Position numbers and translations under genes: made by a program. Source: Chrysomallon squamiferum (taxonomy: Eukaryota; Animalia; Mollusca). Taken from it: DNA of 64,000 nucleotides. Numbering within the stretch: position 1 is the first letter of the stretch; each line of letters begins with the position of its first letter. Location: assembly GCA_012295275.1 (NCBI GenBank), contig CM022677.1, forward strand, positions 2,046,001-2,110,000, written 5' to 3'. This document shows positions 41,678-55,307 of this stretch, in pieces. Under the pieces are notes generated by a model. That model did no database searches. It was not told the DNA's origin and saw only the letters and a list, made by a program, of their open reading frames with translations.

Positions 41678-43140
41678 ACAGCCATGGACAGACATACATA
41701 CAGACTGAAACGTTGATAACAATACAGTTTTTTTTAGTAATCTAATTATTTTCTAATTAATTAATCTCATATAGTTTGCTAACATTTTAAAGTCTTACTC
41801 TACTTCTTTTACACAGATATCTTTATTAAATGATCTCACATAGTTATCTCACATTTTGAAGTCTTACTCTACTTCTTTTACACAGATATCTTTATTAACT
41901 GATCTCACATAGTTATCTCACATTTTAAAGTCTTACTCTACTTCTTTTACACAGATATCTTTATTAACTGATCTCACATAGTTATCTCACATTTTGAAGT
42001 CTTACTCTACTTCTTTTACACAGATATCTTTATTAACTGATCTCACATAGTTATCTCACATTTTGAAGTCTTACTCTACTTCTTTTACACAGATATCTTT
42101 ACACGGACGACGTCGTCCTAACAGGCGACAACATCACCGGTCTGCTGTATCTATCGAGGAAGTACATCGTCACAACACTGGAAGAACAGTGCGTCAACTA
42201 TTTGGAGTCGTCGTTGTCGTCACGGAATGCGTGCGTCGTGCTGGAACAAGCTCACCTGTTTGATGAACTTGATCTAAGGAAAAACACTCTGGACTTCATT
42301 TTGGAAAATGGCGACGAAGTTTTGAAGTCAGATGAAGTCACCGATCTTTGTCACGAATGTCTGGTTGAGATCGTACGATCAGACGAACTGACAGCAGACG
42401 AGAAAAATGTTTTTGAAGCCGCTGTGAAGTGGGCTGACAGCGCGTGCAGGAAGCAAGGGAGACAGACGAATGAAAAAAACATGCGCGATGCACTGGGAGA
42501 GGTCGTGAAGCACGTGCGTTATCCATTACTCGATCAGACGTATTTTGTAGAGCACGTGACACCAACTCACATACTCACTGACACAGAAGAACTCAAGATT
42601 TTGAGACACTGGGAGAGCAGTGATGAAGATGTTTCACCTTTCAACTCAAACATGAGAACTGCAATGATTCCTAAAATTACAATAAACAGGTTTGGTTGTG
42701 TGTTTGATTGCTGGCCATGTTTTGGTAATGAAGATGACGCCATTACTTTCTCTGTCAACAAAAACGCTTTACTTCGCGGATTTCAGTTGTACGGTGACTG
42801 TGAACCACAAAACTACGACGTCAGCGCCTTCGTCACTGACACAAGAACAGACGAAATACTGGACGGGTCTACACTGACACAGAGATATGAACACGTCGTG
42901 TCTGACGTGTATGACGTCGTGTTCAGGCGTCCAGTGAAGATTACTAAAGACACTGAGTACAGCTTGTTTGTTACTGTTAAGGGAGGAGTCACATTGTGTG
43001 GAGGTTTAGGTGAATCAGAAATTTTTGTAGACTCTTTTGTTTGTAGATTTTCTGAGTCACACGAATCTAAACACAGTGACAGACGACTTCGTACACATGT
43101 GACACACGGACAAATACCAGCTTTGTTATTTTTAGTGTAA
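41356..43140 (+). CDS. BTB/POZ-BACK-PHR protein (BTBD1/2/3/6 family); exons 41356-41612 and 42093-43140
   Basis: WQTGKNL..TDVRFLVG..AHQFILIIRSEVFSQML..IPDVKAEIFSEFLK|YLYTDDV (BTB, with a phase-2 GT-AG intron keeping the frame). BACK: EKNVFEAAVKWA..VRYPLL. PHR: DAITFSVNK..LRGFQLYG..GQIPALLF. No stops. Confidence 0.93.
41770..42101 (+). repeat. 69-bp tandem repeat spanning the intron/exon junction (5 acceptor copies)
   Basis: cttactctacttcttttacacag|atatcttta recurs with the AG ending at 41816, 41885, 41954, 42023 and 42092. Confidence 0.95.
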
Positions 43141-43878
43141 AAAACAACATCGTTCAAACACTGTCACTTTTAGTCATCACTGGCCTAATATTTGTATTTA
43201 TTTATTTATTTGTTTACTTATTGATTTATTGATTTGTTTATGTTTTTCTGATGACGTCAGACAGCGGTGATGACGTCATAGACAGTTCCTTTGATTTGAA
43301 ATTTTATAATGGACTGATTTGTGTCAAACAGATACATCTCATTGCTTTATTATTTATTTATTTATTTATGTATTTATTTATTTATTTATTTAAGTATTTC
43401 TAATGTTTGTTGTTTGTATACAAAACGTAATATTATTACCTATTTCTTGCTTCATTTGTACTTTTTTATTTCGCTTTAAAATGTATATAAAATAAAATGT
43501 AGATAAATTATATATGTACTTACTGACTGTTGGACATGAAATACAAGAACTGTTATTTGATTTATTTATCAATTTTCTTTCATTCAGATTTATATTAAAT
43601 ATGTTAGTAAATTAGATTATGTTTCGAATTTACTGTTTGTTTGTTTATGTATATAAACAAAATGCAAATAAATTTGTTTTGTATCATAAATTTCCACTTC
43701 ATTTATTTTTGAATTTAGTTTGTGTTTAGAATGTAAACAGAAAAATTATGTAGACAAATATCAAGTTTTATTATTTAGTTTCTGTAATATTTTTCTTTTC
43801 TGCATACAGCGTGTAATACATAAAGATGTTGTGAGACAGGATTCCAGATCAGAACCTATAAATATAATTGATGTGTGT

Positions 43879-44041
<163 letters not shown>

Positions 44042-44254
44042 AATAAAGATAAAAATATACTTTATAAAAGAGTTTTGAAAATGGGGAGAGATTTCCCAAG
44101 CTGACTATAATCTATTATGAACAAAACTTTGAAAAATCTGGATCTCTCTACTTCGGATATCTGGTGTAAATTCAAGAATAAAATACGATCAATTCAATGC
44201 CAACAATTAGCCACATGACAAATAAGCTATGACTAATGGGAGGTAACTCTATAT

Positions 44255-44562
44255 CACTCGTTTTCAACCTTTATCATACTTTGACCCTTATGAGGAACTC
44301 AGTATGAGCGAAGACCCCTTTAAAATGTTTGATTCAATAATATGTAGTGTTAGCATATTTTCATCAACCAAAGTCAGTACAAAAGGAATCTATATTCACT
44401 AGGACGGGTCCCAAACCAATCTACACGTTTTTATTTATTCCTCCTTCCAAGTCAAGTTGAAAAAAACTAAAACATACCATTGCTCAAGAACGATCTAACG
44501 ACCCCCAGAAAAAAGTCTGGCGAGCCCTCTAGAGGTCATGACCCTTAGGTTGAAAACCTATG
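44255..44562. mobile_element. hAT (Charlie-like) MITE, decayed
   Basis: Ends cactcgttttcaacct and aggttgaaaacctatg are inverted, with gacccc-type subterminal motifs. The flanking 8-mers match at only 5 of 8 positions. Confidence 0.6.
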
Positions 44563-45553
44563 CCCTTTACACAGCTAAATGAACAAGAACATTATTAGTC
44601 TGTTAACACCTAAGTGAATTCACTCATTTAGAGTAAGTGTCAAAAGCAGAGGTCTATATAAATATGTATGACGCACATATGCTTTCTTTTATTGAATTCA
44701 TCGCAAAGCGACCTAAAAAACGGCAAAGTATCGAACTTTCAAATGCCACGCTATTGTCACAAACATAAAATTAAACATCAAATTACATACATCGATGTTT
44801 TGTTTCTAATACAAAAGCGCTGTTAGCAAAGTACTGTATACAGACCTTGTTAAAGCCATTATGTCATTTATCGTGTGAATCTCAATTAAATTAATTTGTA
44901 TACATGTTTAGAAGAACTGTGTTTATTGTCAAACTCTAATCACAACAGTAAACAATACATTTGACAGAAATAACAAAAGTCCACTGATTGATCGCAGAAT
45001 GTTTTCTGGAGATCGTTGGACAAAATGGAGGCAAACTGCGCACAAGTCTCCCAGTGGTCAGTTCACAGCGTTTGTTCCGCTTGCCTCGGTAGTACTTCCC
45101 AGAGATGTCTCTTCTCTGCACGCTATGGATTGGGTGTACTGACAGTCACAGATACACCTCCCCATACGATAACCCGTCCACGGCTAAATCTACCATTAAT
45201 CGAATTTTTGGGTTTGCTTGCCGTTCATTTCGACCGTGCATGTAAGGCAGTTCGAGAATGAACAGGCAACATACGAAAAGATGCCACGTGTCCAGCGACA
45301 GATGCACCAGTTCTTATGCTCACCACACCATTCCCGTCTATGGGCAGTGTGACTATTGTCAAGACAGGTTCCACCCTACTGAACAAATGCATGTTCAGTT
45401 ATATGGTAAGTGTTTCAGTGTGTTGATAAACAGACCTGAACCTTCTTTGCCTGGACGTGCACAATAACCAGCTGAACTACAGCAGCCGGGCCCTGTTTTG
45501 TGTTTTTATGAATCATACGTAACTAGTTTTGAAACTTTGGAAAACTGTTCGTT

Positions 45554-47413
45554 GTGAAGACCGTTCTACTTTTAGCGTTCTGTAGATTATGTCTGAGCAA
45601 CAGTTACCCAATACCAGCCTCCGAGGTTCGAGATGAACACCGAATACATTTTCGATCGAACGCTTTGTCAAAGAAGGTAGTGTTTTTAACAGGCTACGAA
45701 ACCATTCATTTTTACTTCTGTCTGAAGAAAACAACCACGGTAGAAATCTCCAGTTTACGATACTCCAATGGCAACGATCCCGAAAACATCACAGCAGCTT
45801 TAAACCAGAAGAAAATGGGATCCCTTCTCACCATATCACCAGAAACAGCTGGAGATAACTAGAACGTTTTTCATTCCAGTACCGAGATGAAAGGATCAGC
45901 AATTCTGGAAAGAGGTTGGTATATTTTAAAGATCCAGGTTCACGGATCTGATGGAGTGGAACTGAACACAGTCAGTCTAGATATTGATGACAGCAGTCTC
46001 GCGCAGGACATGCTTCAGTGTAAACTTCACTGTACGAGTGATCTGCCCCGTCTGAACTCTTCGCCTCGAATTAATGTTGACAAAAAAGCTAAACTTAGAC
46101 AGAAAGGTTACCCATCTAAATGTGCGGAAGAGGACAACGTCAAAATACCAGTATACCTCGACAGCGTGAAACAGTACAAACTAATAGCTACTCTACCAGT
46201 GTATAAAGCTTTTGTAAACAGAAGAGAACCAAATAATACTGATTGTGTTGCTTTGTCTCCTCTCTACTGGAGTTTTACCCACCTCTGTTTGAATAAAAAA
46301 AAAAAAAATCATTTATTTTCAAATTCGGCAACTATGAAAGTGTATCCAGGACCTCATACATCGAAAATAGCCGTAATTGAAATTTCATTCATGTTAAAAG
46401 GAAGATCAGAAGGTTACATAGATGCTGATATTGGGTCAGTCTTCAGTCTAAAAATCAAACCAGTGACCTCATTTGTAAAATTACAGGTTTCATACAGAGA
46501 CAGAAACAAAAATTTAATTGCGCTCAAAGAAACTGGTTTACAACCCGGGAAAACTGACGTCGATTGGCAAATCCCAAACCTTTCTTGGATCGAACACAAC
46601 TGAAATCTGATCAAAATTTCATTATCCGCACAGGATGTATTTTCCATTTGTATGGAAGAAATAAAATTGGAAAGAAAACCTATGAAACCTGAAAAATATT
46701 TTCCTATATACACCAGTAACGAGTTCACTGTTATAGGTGTTGATATAGACTTTTGGTGGAGAAATCCGGAAACCATGAAAGTATATGTAAAAAATACTGA
46801 CAAGCTTTATAGAAAAGTAGACTATTTTAAAATAATTCTTCCAGTTCCTTGGTCAGAGGGTTACAGTGAGACACTTGTTATCTATCAAGATGGAAACGTA
46901 CGCCTGCTGCCCCTCCCTCCTGCAGGATTAGACTGGATTCCGTTTGGAACATCAGTTGTGGTTGGAACATGTGATGTTGACCTGATCAGACCTGCTGCTC
47001 CCATTGATCAAGTGGATATCGACGTCGATAAACGAGAGCTGAAGATTCTTTACAGAAATGGAGAAAAAGCAAAGTTGACGTTGATTTCGAAAGTGGACAG
47101 AACGGAACTCGTTGTTTCTGATCTTATATTTAAACAGTCCAGTAAGGGATTTCCATTTGCCACATTCCGATCAATGTACGTCGACGAGGGCAACACAGAC
47201 AGCGACAGCATCATTGTGGACAGCTCCAGCGTGTTCGGCGTCATGGAGAACCTGAATGGTGTACATGGAAAAACGTTTACACTTTTCAGACGATGCGAAT
47301 CCAAACATCTGACTCTCAGTCCGGATATCCATCTGGAGTTACTGCGCACGCGCTACTCAGTATTGTTGTCAGGTAATCAGTCAGTTTTAAATAACATGAC
47401 AGTTCACATGTAA
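45554..47413 (+). pseudogene. Intronless 620-codon frame for a putative secreted protein with a possible CBM/galactose-binding-like N-terminal domain, broken by two in-frame stops
   Basis: ORFs at 45554, 45887 and 46652 share one frame, separated only by TAG 45860-62 and TGA 46601-03. The N-terminus is hydrophobic (KTVLLLAFCRLCLS) and AATAAA lies at ~47499. The domain call is by eye. Confidence 0.7.
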
Positions 47414-47917
47414 AACCTGTTAGCGCTTATGTTTATAATTATAGTAAGTTTCAGATTTCCAGTTCACAATCTTATGTGTGAAACAATTTCTTTTCTGAAA
47501 TAAAACAAGTTTATTTTTGCATTCAGCTGTCTTAGATTAAGCTTACATTTGGCATTAATTTGTACTAGATATAAGATTTTAGAAAAAGAGATTGCGTTGG
47601 GCATAACAAAAAATAGAAATGATAATAATAATGTTTCCTTACTGAGTAATGATTTACTTTCACAGTGGTAACAAGTCTCCTAGCACATTCATGATTTGTT
47701 CACCGTTGGCAACAAGCTTCAAACATGGATGTTTTGGGATATTTATTCAGAATATCTAAACAAATGGAAACAATTATTAAAAGTTGAAAGTTTTCCCAAA
47801 CAAAGATTCTTGTGTTTATAACACTGTTTAATAACACTAATTACCATAGTCAAGTCATTGATCATTATCAGAATTGCTAAAGCAAGTTCATTTACACTCA
47901 TAAACAGCTTTTTTTAT

Positions 47918-48570
47918 GGTATCAGGTCAATTGCCCCCTGGACACTGCCCCTAAGGACAACTGCCCCCATTTTTCTTCAAATATACCATTCAACGTTATT
48001 TTTAAGCAACATTCCAATAAATTCGTCAAAGCTACCTAGAGTCAGCTAGTTACTAATTGAACTTGATCAGAGGCATTTGGATTACTTTGATCTGCTAAAA
48101 CGTCTGCTGAAACATATTATCAAAAATCATCTAACACCAAAGCTAACGAAAGTCAGCTAATTACTAATTCAGGCGAATTAAATGCTAAAGATTCCTCTGA
48201 TTTGTCAACTGATCAATAATTAAGACGAATGAGACAGTACATAAGATCATAGCGTCAGAGTGTGGTCATCCAAAACTTGCGTTTGAAAACTGTGTGTGTG
48301 TCCGACAGAAGGAACTCAGTGTGAAGGAAGAAGACAACAGGCTTGTAAAGCTAAACTGAACTGTGTCTGGATGCTTCTTTCATCTGGCGCCAAGTTCAAC
48401 TCATTAGTCTAGCAGTTTGTTGCAATACTGATGAAGATTTTGCTTTACTGATCCGTCAGCTGGAATTGCATTCGTTCCAGTGCATGAAGTGACGGCAGCT
48501 TTTGAAGCACTATCAGAAGCTGATGACCATAACCTGTATTACAAATACTTGAGGACAACTTCATCGGTTT
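47918..48570 (+). mobile_element. MULE/Mutator-like relic
   Basis: Terminal repeats of ggacaa(t/c)tgccccc-like sequence, plus transposase-like pieces GCFFHL, FALLIRQL..AFVPVHEVTAAFEAL and EDNFIG. Confidence 0.65.
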
Positions 48571-49619
48571 AAAGTAAGTGCTACCAAGATAGCTTAAGAT
48601 GACTGCCTCCTATTGGGAGCTTTCGTTAGCAGTGGCAACTGTATGGTCGGTCATGTGACATTACCACATATGACAATTGCAGCCTGGAATTTAAGGGGGG
48701 ACATAGCAAAGATTGCACTTAGGTCTTGGACACTGCAGGACCTTAAACACTTCTAGAGAAGGTGGCGACGCTGGTGTTGTTTGTTTTGTGTTCTTTTTGT
48801 TTTTTTCGTACTGGCTTCATGCTTTTTTGTTCTCCAACTCTAGAATTTTTATTATGATTTGTTTTACGAATCTGTTTCTCTTCCTTGGAGATGCCACAGT
48901 TATATTGTAAAATTTAACATTGCTGTAGCAGAAATTACCTAATATGAAAGCCCTTTGTTTAGACAGTCATATATATTACGAATATATATTATACGTACAG
49001 CTGGTTAAGAGATCCGCTTGCTTCCCCTCACCGCCCAGTTACACTCTCGCGTCAGAAGTGGGATTTTAAGTCAATTAGGACTGAACCCGGACATTTAGAA
49101 ATTAAGTGAAAGACGGCCAATGGGCTCACGTGACCAGGCATAGACAAGATTTGATGTTGACGATTATGCGAGACTACATGGTTGACGTCACGAGATTCCC
49201 AACTGAAGGGGCTTACCAAATTGATCCAAGAACATTTACATTTTTTTTCACTTGAATATTGGATTAATAATAATTAAAAAAAATAATAATAACATGTTTA
49301 TGTAACTAAGATATACAGTATACAGTATATTAAGTTCAGTGTATGTTATAACCATTGGTAAACATTTCTTCAGGTCTACCTGTAGTTGGGATTGTGTAAA
49401 ATATTATTTTATATTCCAGTGAATAATAGTTTATAAGTTAATATGGAGCTTTTGGAGAAATAAATAACTAAAAACATGTTCATTTCAGACAATTGCAGTA
49501 CTTTCCGATTCTATGAATGATTTTGGAAAAATCACGTTCTTTATAAATAATATGTCATAAGCCGTGAATTGTAACTGGAAGTGGGAGGAATTTTCTCCGA
49601 GAACTAAACATTATATCGA

Positions 49620-49740
49620 TTAGCGTTATCTCCCTTTCGTGATATGTGTTCACAAACATAGATTAGAGTTATCTCCCTTTAGTGATATGTGTTCACAAAC
49701 ATATGTTAGAGTTATGTCCCTTACGTGAGATGTACTCACT
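49620..49740. repeat. ~43-bp tandem repeat x3 containing GTTATCTCCCTT
   Basis: gttatctccctt..gtgatatgtgttcacaaacata repeated. Confidence 0.75.
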
Positions 49741-49852
49741 AAGCTTACATAAGCTAATTATCCCTACGGGATAAATGGAACCTCCAAAAATGCCGAGATT
49801 CGATCCACGATACTGGAAAAATCACGTTCTTTATATATAATATGACACAACC

Positions 49853-52714
49853 CAGTGTTTCTCAACCTTTTTTTACTCTCGACATACCTACGAGCGCATG
49901 AAACTGTCGCGACACACTAATAATTTTGAATAATTTTAAATATGAAATCGTAAAATAAATTAAAAAATACATATATGGACTTGTCTGATACAGTTTATTA
50001 TGTTAGTATCCCAGAATTGCCACTTACCTAGTGCCTGGTGAAACTTGTGCCTGGTGTTGTCTTATGACTTCTTGAATATTTGGTCGTATGTGCGATAAGC
50101 AAACTCTCATTTCTTCTTCAGTGGAACGTAGTCTTTCTCTCTTCTTCTTTTTTATATTATTTAAGGTTGAAAAGCCCAATTCACACAAATAAGAAGTAGA
50201 GAATTGTAAAAGAACTAACAGGGCTTTTTCAGCTAATGCGGGAAATTCCTTTTGTATTGAAATCCAAAATATGTCGATATCTACCTCAGAATGCTTTATT
50301 TTAAGACTGCGGTCACTTGAAATGGTAGCCAATTCTTCTTCTTCGCATAATTTAAACCCAATATTAGAAGGAACATCTACAAAAGGATTACGAACCCAGT
50401 CGTACTTTTCAGTGTTCAGCGACGGAAAGTAGTGGTCGATGTTTTCTTCGAGCGCTGTCAGATGCTCAACCACGATAGGGATCATTTCTTTAGTGCAGTT
50501 AGTACGCATTGTAGGAAACATATCAAACTCACCTAACTTTGCTCTGTTTTTCCAAATAACAATTTTCTTTTTAAGGGCAACCAACTTATCTGTCGAAGTT
50601 AGAATATTGTCGTTTCGACGTTGCATACTACTGTTCACAATATTAAGTTGACCAAATATTTCCGTTAAATATTCCATTTTGGCCATCCAAAATTCACATC
50701 GAAGATATTTACAAAATCTTTCGTGTTTTTCTTTATCAAAAAATACTATTAATTCCTTCTGTAATTCATTAACGCGAGTTAACACTTTACCTTTTGACAG
50801 CCATCGAACGTCGGTATGCATGAGTAAGCGAACATGTTGAGAATCCATTGATTTGCATAGTTCTTCGAATAATCTCGACTTTATTGGCCTGCTTTTAATG
50901 TAATTGACAATTTCAACTACTTGATGTAATACTTGCTTCAAATCTTCTTGTGATACTTTTGAAACTAAAACTTCTCTATGTAAAAAGCAATGAGTACGAA
51001 CAAGATTTGGATTTTCTTTCTGTGCTAGTGATAACCTTTAATACATGGTGCACCATAAGTACAAATACCAACACAAAACTTCCACGTCAAATTAATTTTT
51101 TTAAGATAGCCGGTTATCATATCAAAAATATCTTGACCTCTAGTAGTTGTTTTCATTTCTTTACAACACAAAAATTGACTGATTATTTCATCATCATTAA
51201 TGAAACGAACAAATACAAGCAATTGAGCACTGTTACTGATATCGGTCGATTCATCAACTATTAAAACACATTTAGATCCTTCAAGTTTTTTCTGAACATT
51301 AGTTTCAATGTTTTCAGATAAATCTACAATTCTCCTGTGTATTGTATCATTTGAAAGCGGAATTTTACTAATTTCTTTTTCAGCTGTTTCGCCTAACATG
51401 GCTTTCACCATCTTTATACAAGCGGGAAGGATAACTGACTCAGCAAGAGTGTGGGATTTGGATTTCATTGCTATTATTTCAGCTACCTCAAGTGAAGCGA
51501 GTTGAGCCCGTTCAGACACGGTCATTGTTTTCTGAAAAACATTGCGTTGTTTTGATTGCTGTTGTAACAGTCTTTGAAAATAATTCAGATCTTTATCTTG
51601 TACGTAGGAATGTTTAGTCGTGAAATGTCTTTGTAATTTATTTGGTATCATGGATTCATTGGCCATTTTTTTCACCACAAACTATACATAATGGACATGG
51701 TTGAGCAACATCTCCTGACCAAGAAAATCCAAACTTCAAATAATCATCACAATACCGTCTATTATGGTGAACTTTTGCCTTTTTTGTGCTGGATTTTGTG
51801 GGCTTCATTGTATGTTCTGTTTCAACCTCACACCCGTCACTAACATCCTTCCTTTTAACAAATGTATCCATTTGAAGGGGTACTAACATCCTAACCAACA
51901 ACAGTAAACAACAGGCAGTGTTAAACTGATCCGTGTTCAACGGTATCCATTGTGTTCAAATTTTTTCACTCAATCACCTTCTGGGGTAAAACTAACCTTT
52001 ATTTACCAATGCAATAACAAAACTGAATATCCTTATTTAATTAATTCACGCATATGATTTAACTCTAACGAGCTAAAAACAATAGTAAACAACAGATTCT
52101 GAGCTAAACAAATTGAAAAATATGCAAGCACAGAAAAAACGTTAGTTATGATTAGTCACAAGCTAATTTAGTTTAAATTCATCTGTAATTTAGAGGTCAA
52201 AATTGAGTGTGCAGTACGATTGAGTTCGATGTAAGTAAATAGTAAACACTGTTAACTGAACAGATTTGCCGTGACGACAGATTTGCATTTGCAAAGTCTG
52301 TTCTAACTAGCATAATTTCTTAACTAAATACACCTAGTTAGCTACATCTCTTTACTAATAAGTGTTTAAGAATGACAATAATTTAAAACACAGCGAAGTT
52401 AATTCGGCAATCGGCATTACGCACGCGCACACACGACCAGTGCGGAACAACACCACACACACAACCTGTCACACTGACGTCTCATGGGCAACTGGTCGAC
52501 CTTGAGCGAAAGGTGCAAAGGTTGGTGGCCGCCACTGATTGGTGGACTTTGAATGTGTGCATATTCATTGGAGAAAGGAAGTTCCTTCCTCCAAGGCATA
52601 TTAGTAGAACATGAAACGGAGATTTATGCACATTGTCCGTGTTTTCAGGTGTTCGTCACAAAGTTTAGCGACACAACTGAGGGAGCCTCGCGACACGGCG
52701 GTTGAGAATCACTG
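49853..52714 (-). mobile_element. hAT transposon, Buster/Charlie (ZBED5/ZBED8-like) group, full length but inactive
   Basis: TIRs cagtgtttctcaacc (49853) and ggttgagaatcactg (52700-52714) differ by one mismatch and enclose a transposase. Confidence 0.93.
50024..51871 (-). pseudogene. hAT transposase with two frameshifts
   Basis: BED finger PLCIVCGEK..KLQRHFTTKH, VDESTD, HCFLHRE, VRWLSKG and YLCELGFS. The second catalytic D reads TYG instead of TDG. Frameshifts at ~51670 and ~51030. Confidence 0.92.
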
Positions 52715-52800
52715 CCGTAGACGATCGCTTTAACGAACCGAGGTCTACTTATCTTTGTTGTTCTTATTGCGTGCGCTAAATAACGGTGACGATGGCGATA
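52715..52800 (-). pseudogene. 5S rRNA stub (nt 1-8) with intact upstream flank
   Basis: ccgtagac followed by gatcgctttaacgaaccgaggtcta..ttattgcgtgcgctaaataacg matches 55859-55930, the 5' end and flank of the full 5S gene. Confidence 0.85.
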
Positions 52801-53116
52801 ATAATAATAATAATAATAATAAATGAAAAAAATTGTAAATAAAATAAAATATGTAAAACTTAAAATAAAAATATGACAAAAAAAAACAAATAAGATAAAA
52901 ACATGAGGAAAAAAGAAAAAGAAAGAAAAAGAATAAAAAAAAAAAAAAAAAAAAAAATAATAAAAGAAAAGAAAAGAAAAAGAAAGAAATTAAAAAAGAA
53001 AAATAAAGCGCTGGCAGTATTCGATCTTCTTGTTCTTCTTCTACTCAAAGAAAGAAAGAAAGAAAGAAAGCGCCATGCGTGTGTGTGTGTGTGTCTGTGC
53101 ATCTACGTCATTTTAG

Positions 53117-53832
53117 GTATTACTTGTGTATAAGTCGACTGTAGATTCCAGGCACCGTCACTATTTTAGACCAGTGTGACAGTGCCACGAAGGCCTACAT
53201 TGTACGCCTACTGTAACATAACTTGCACGAACATACCATAATAACGTAAATGCATGTATTACACGAGCTATAGACTAAAGTATCATAAATAGTATTTCTT
53301 TAATGTAATAGTTCTAACATGGAGACCTAACTTACCGTTATATTTAGCCGTTCTATGATTTACAAAATTTGTCGGTAGTGGACATTAATGACGATTGCAA
53401 TATTATTTCACCAAATTGTTTACAATTAAACAAGTGAGTTTTGTTTATGAAATTAGGACCGATATTTAGTGCAATTTGGCAGAGAAGTCTGCATTCCTAG
53501 ATCACTTCAAGACGCCGTAAGTCATAACGCCGTACTGACGGTTTTCTCGCTTTAAAATGTATTTTTATGTCATTAAACGGAAGAATATCAGGTTTTACAT
53601 TCATATTTGGTTTTGTTATTTAATTTTTCAAATTTTTTTTTATACGATAAAATTATATTTTTGAAAAGCTGAAAGACCGCGATTATTTTAGATGCATCCC
53701 GTAGCAAAAAATAGTCAAAATGGCGACTCTTCAGCAACAGCTACAAAAGCATTACCTATGTATAAGTCGACCCCCAAAATATTACCTTAATATAGTCTCC
53801 AAAAAATTCGACTTATACACAAGTATATACGG
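53117..53832. mobile_element. pogo/Tc1-like MITE in the 5S spacer
   Basis: Left end gtattacttgtgtataagtcga, right end tcgacttatacacaagtatatacgg|TA, and an internal repeat of gtataagtcgac. Spacer sequence resumes after the TA, as at ~57200. Confidence 0.75.
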
Positions 53833-54173
53833 TACTTATTTTCTAAATGACTAAAAAAAAAAAAAAAAATAAATAAAAAGGAAACATTGAAACTGAAATG
53901 CATTAATAATCGCGCCGTCGTGATGTGCCAATTCAGTTTTACATTGGAAGACACCTTTTTCAAACCGACGGACGCACGCACGCACGCGCACACACACACA
54001 TACAATACAATACAATACAATACATACATACATACTTACGCACGCACGCACGCACGGTCGCACAAAGATAAACACACGGTTCCCATGGCAGCGCTGAGAT
54101 GAATGTTTGAAAACTGGGTCCCGGTACTCGCTATCGATGACAATTTCACCTTAAGCAGTGTACACACACAGAC

Positions 54174-54212
<39 letters not shown>

Positions 54213-55307
54213 TACACACACACACACACATGCAGGCGCGAGCTGAAATAACATACGTACACACACAATCAGATATACACAACACGGTCACTCCAAAACA
54301 AAATAATAATAATAAATAAACAAAGAAAAAACGAAAAAAAGAAAAGAAATATAAATAAAGAAATAAAGAAATAAATATTAAGAAAAAAATAATTAAAAAA
54401 AAAATATATATATATGACGAGAGAAAAGGAAAAAACACATCGGGTTTCATCCGTCCACTGTCACCGCCTTCATTTCCTTACACGGCTTATCTCCCTCTAA
54501 TAATTCTCGTTTCGTGTAGTCGTCGAAATTACCAGAGAAAAATAATCTCTAAATTCGATGCAAAGTTGTGTGCTTGATTCCAAAAATCATTCTATATGGA
54601 TTTAGTTTGAACTTGGTGCTGCCAAAAAGTTGTTGTGGTTTTTTTGTTGTTTTTTTTCAATACGTTTAATAAATGAGTTAGTTTTGCTGCAGTGAACAAA
54701 AAAAGGCATGCAAGACTGAGTCCACGGCACTGACGCACACTAGGCACACTGTCTGTGGAGTGGGCTCGATCTTCCATTCGTAAAGATGTTTTCTGACTAA
54801 CTGCAACAACAACAACAACGTGTCTGATCATTTTATAAATTAAATCGAAATCGTCGTTATTTTCAATTAAGACAGAATTTAATGTCTGCCACACATTTTT
54901 ACAACTTTATGGTTTCAGTGAAAACAATTTCCCCATCTATTTATTTTTTTAATTTTAATTTTTTTTGTTTATTTATTTATTTTTTTCGTTATATTCATTC
55001 GAAACAATAAACACTAAATACAAATGACAACAACAATACAAACATGCACGAATATATATTATATCATAAAACAAGCAGAAACAGCTTACTGAACATAAAA
55101 TAATGTTTAATATTCAAAGAGAACGTGGTCAATTGTAAATGGTAGGTTATTCGTGAATAAATGAGGCAACTGGCGAATTGTCCTGAAAATTAAAAATTAA
55201 AACAAAAGAAAGAAAAAAAAACAAGAACAAAAAAAAGACGAACCGACGTCTATTTATCTTCGTTCTTCTTACTGCGTGCGCTGAATAACGACAACGATAA
55301 CGATGGC

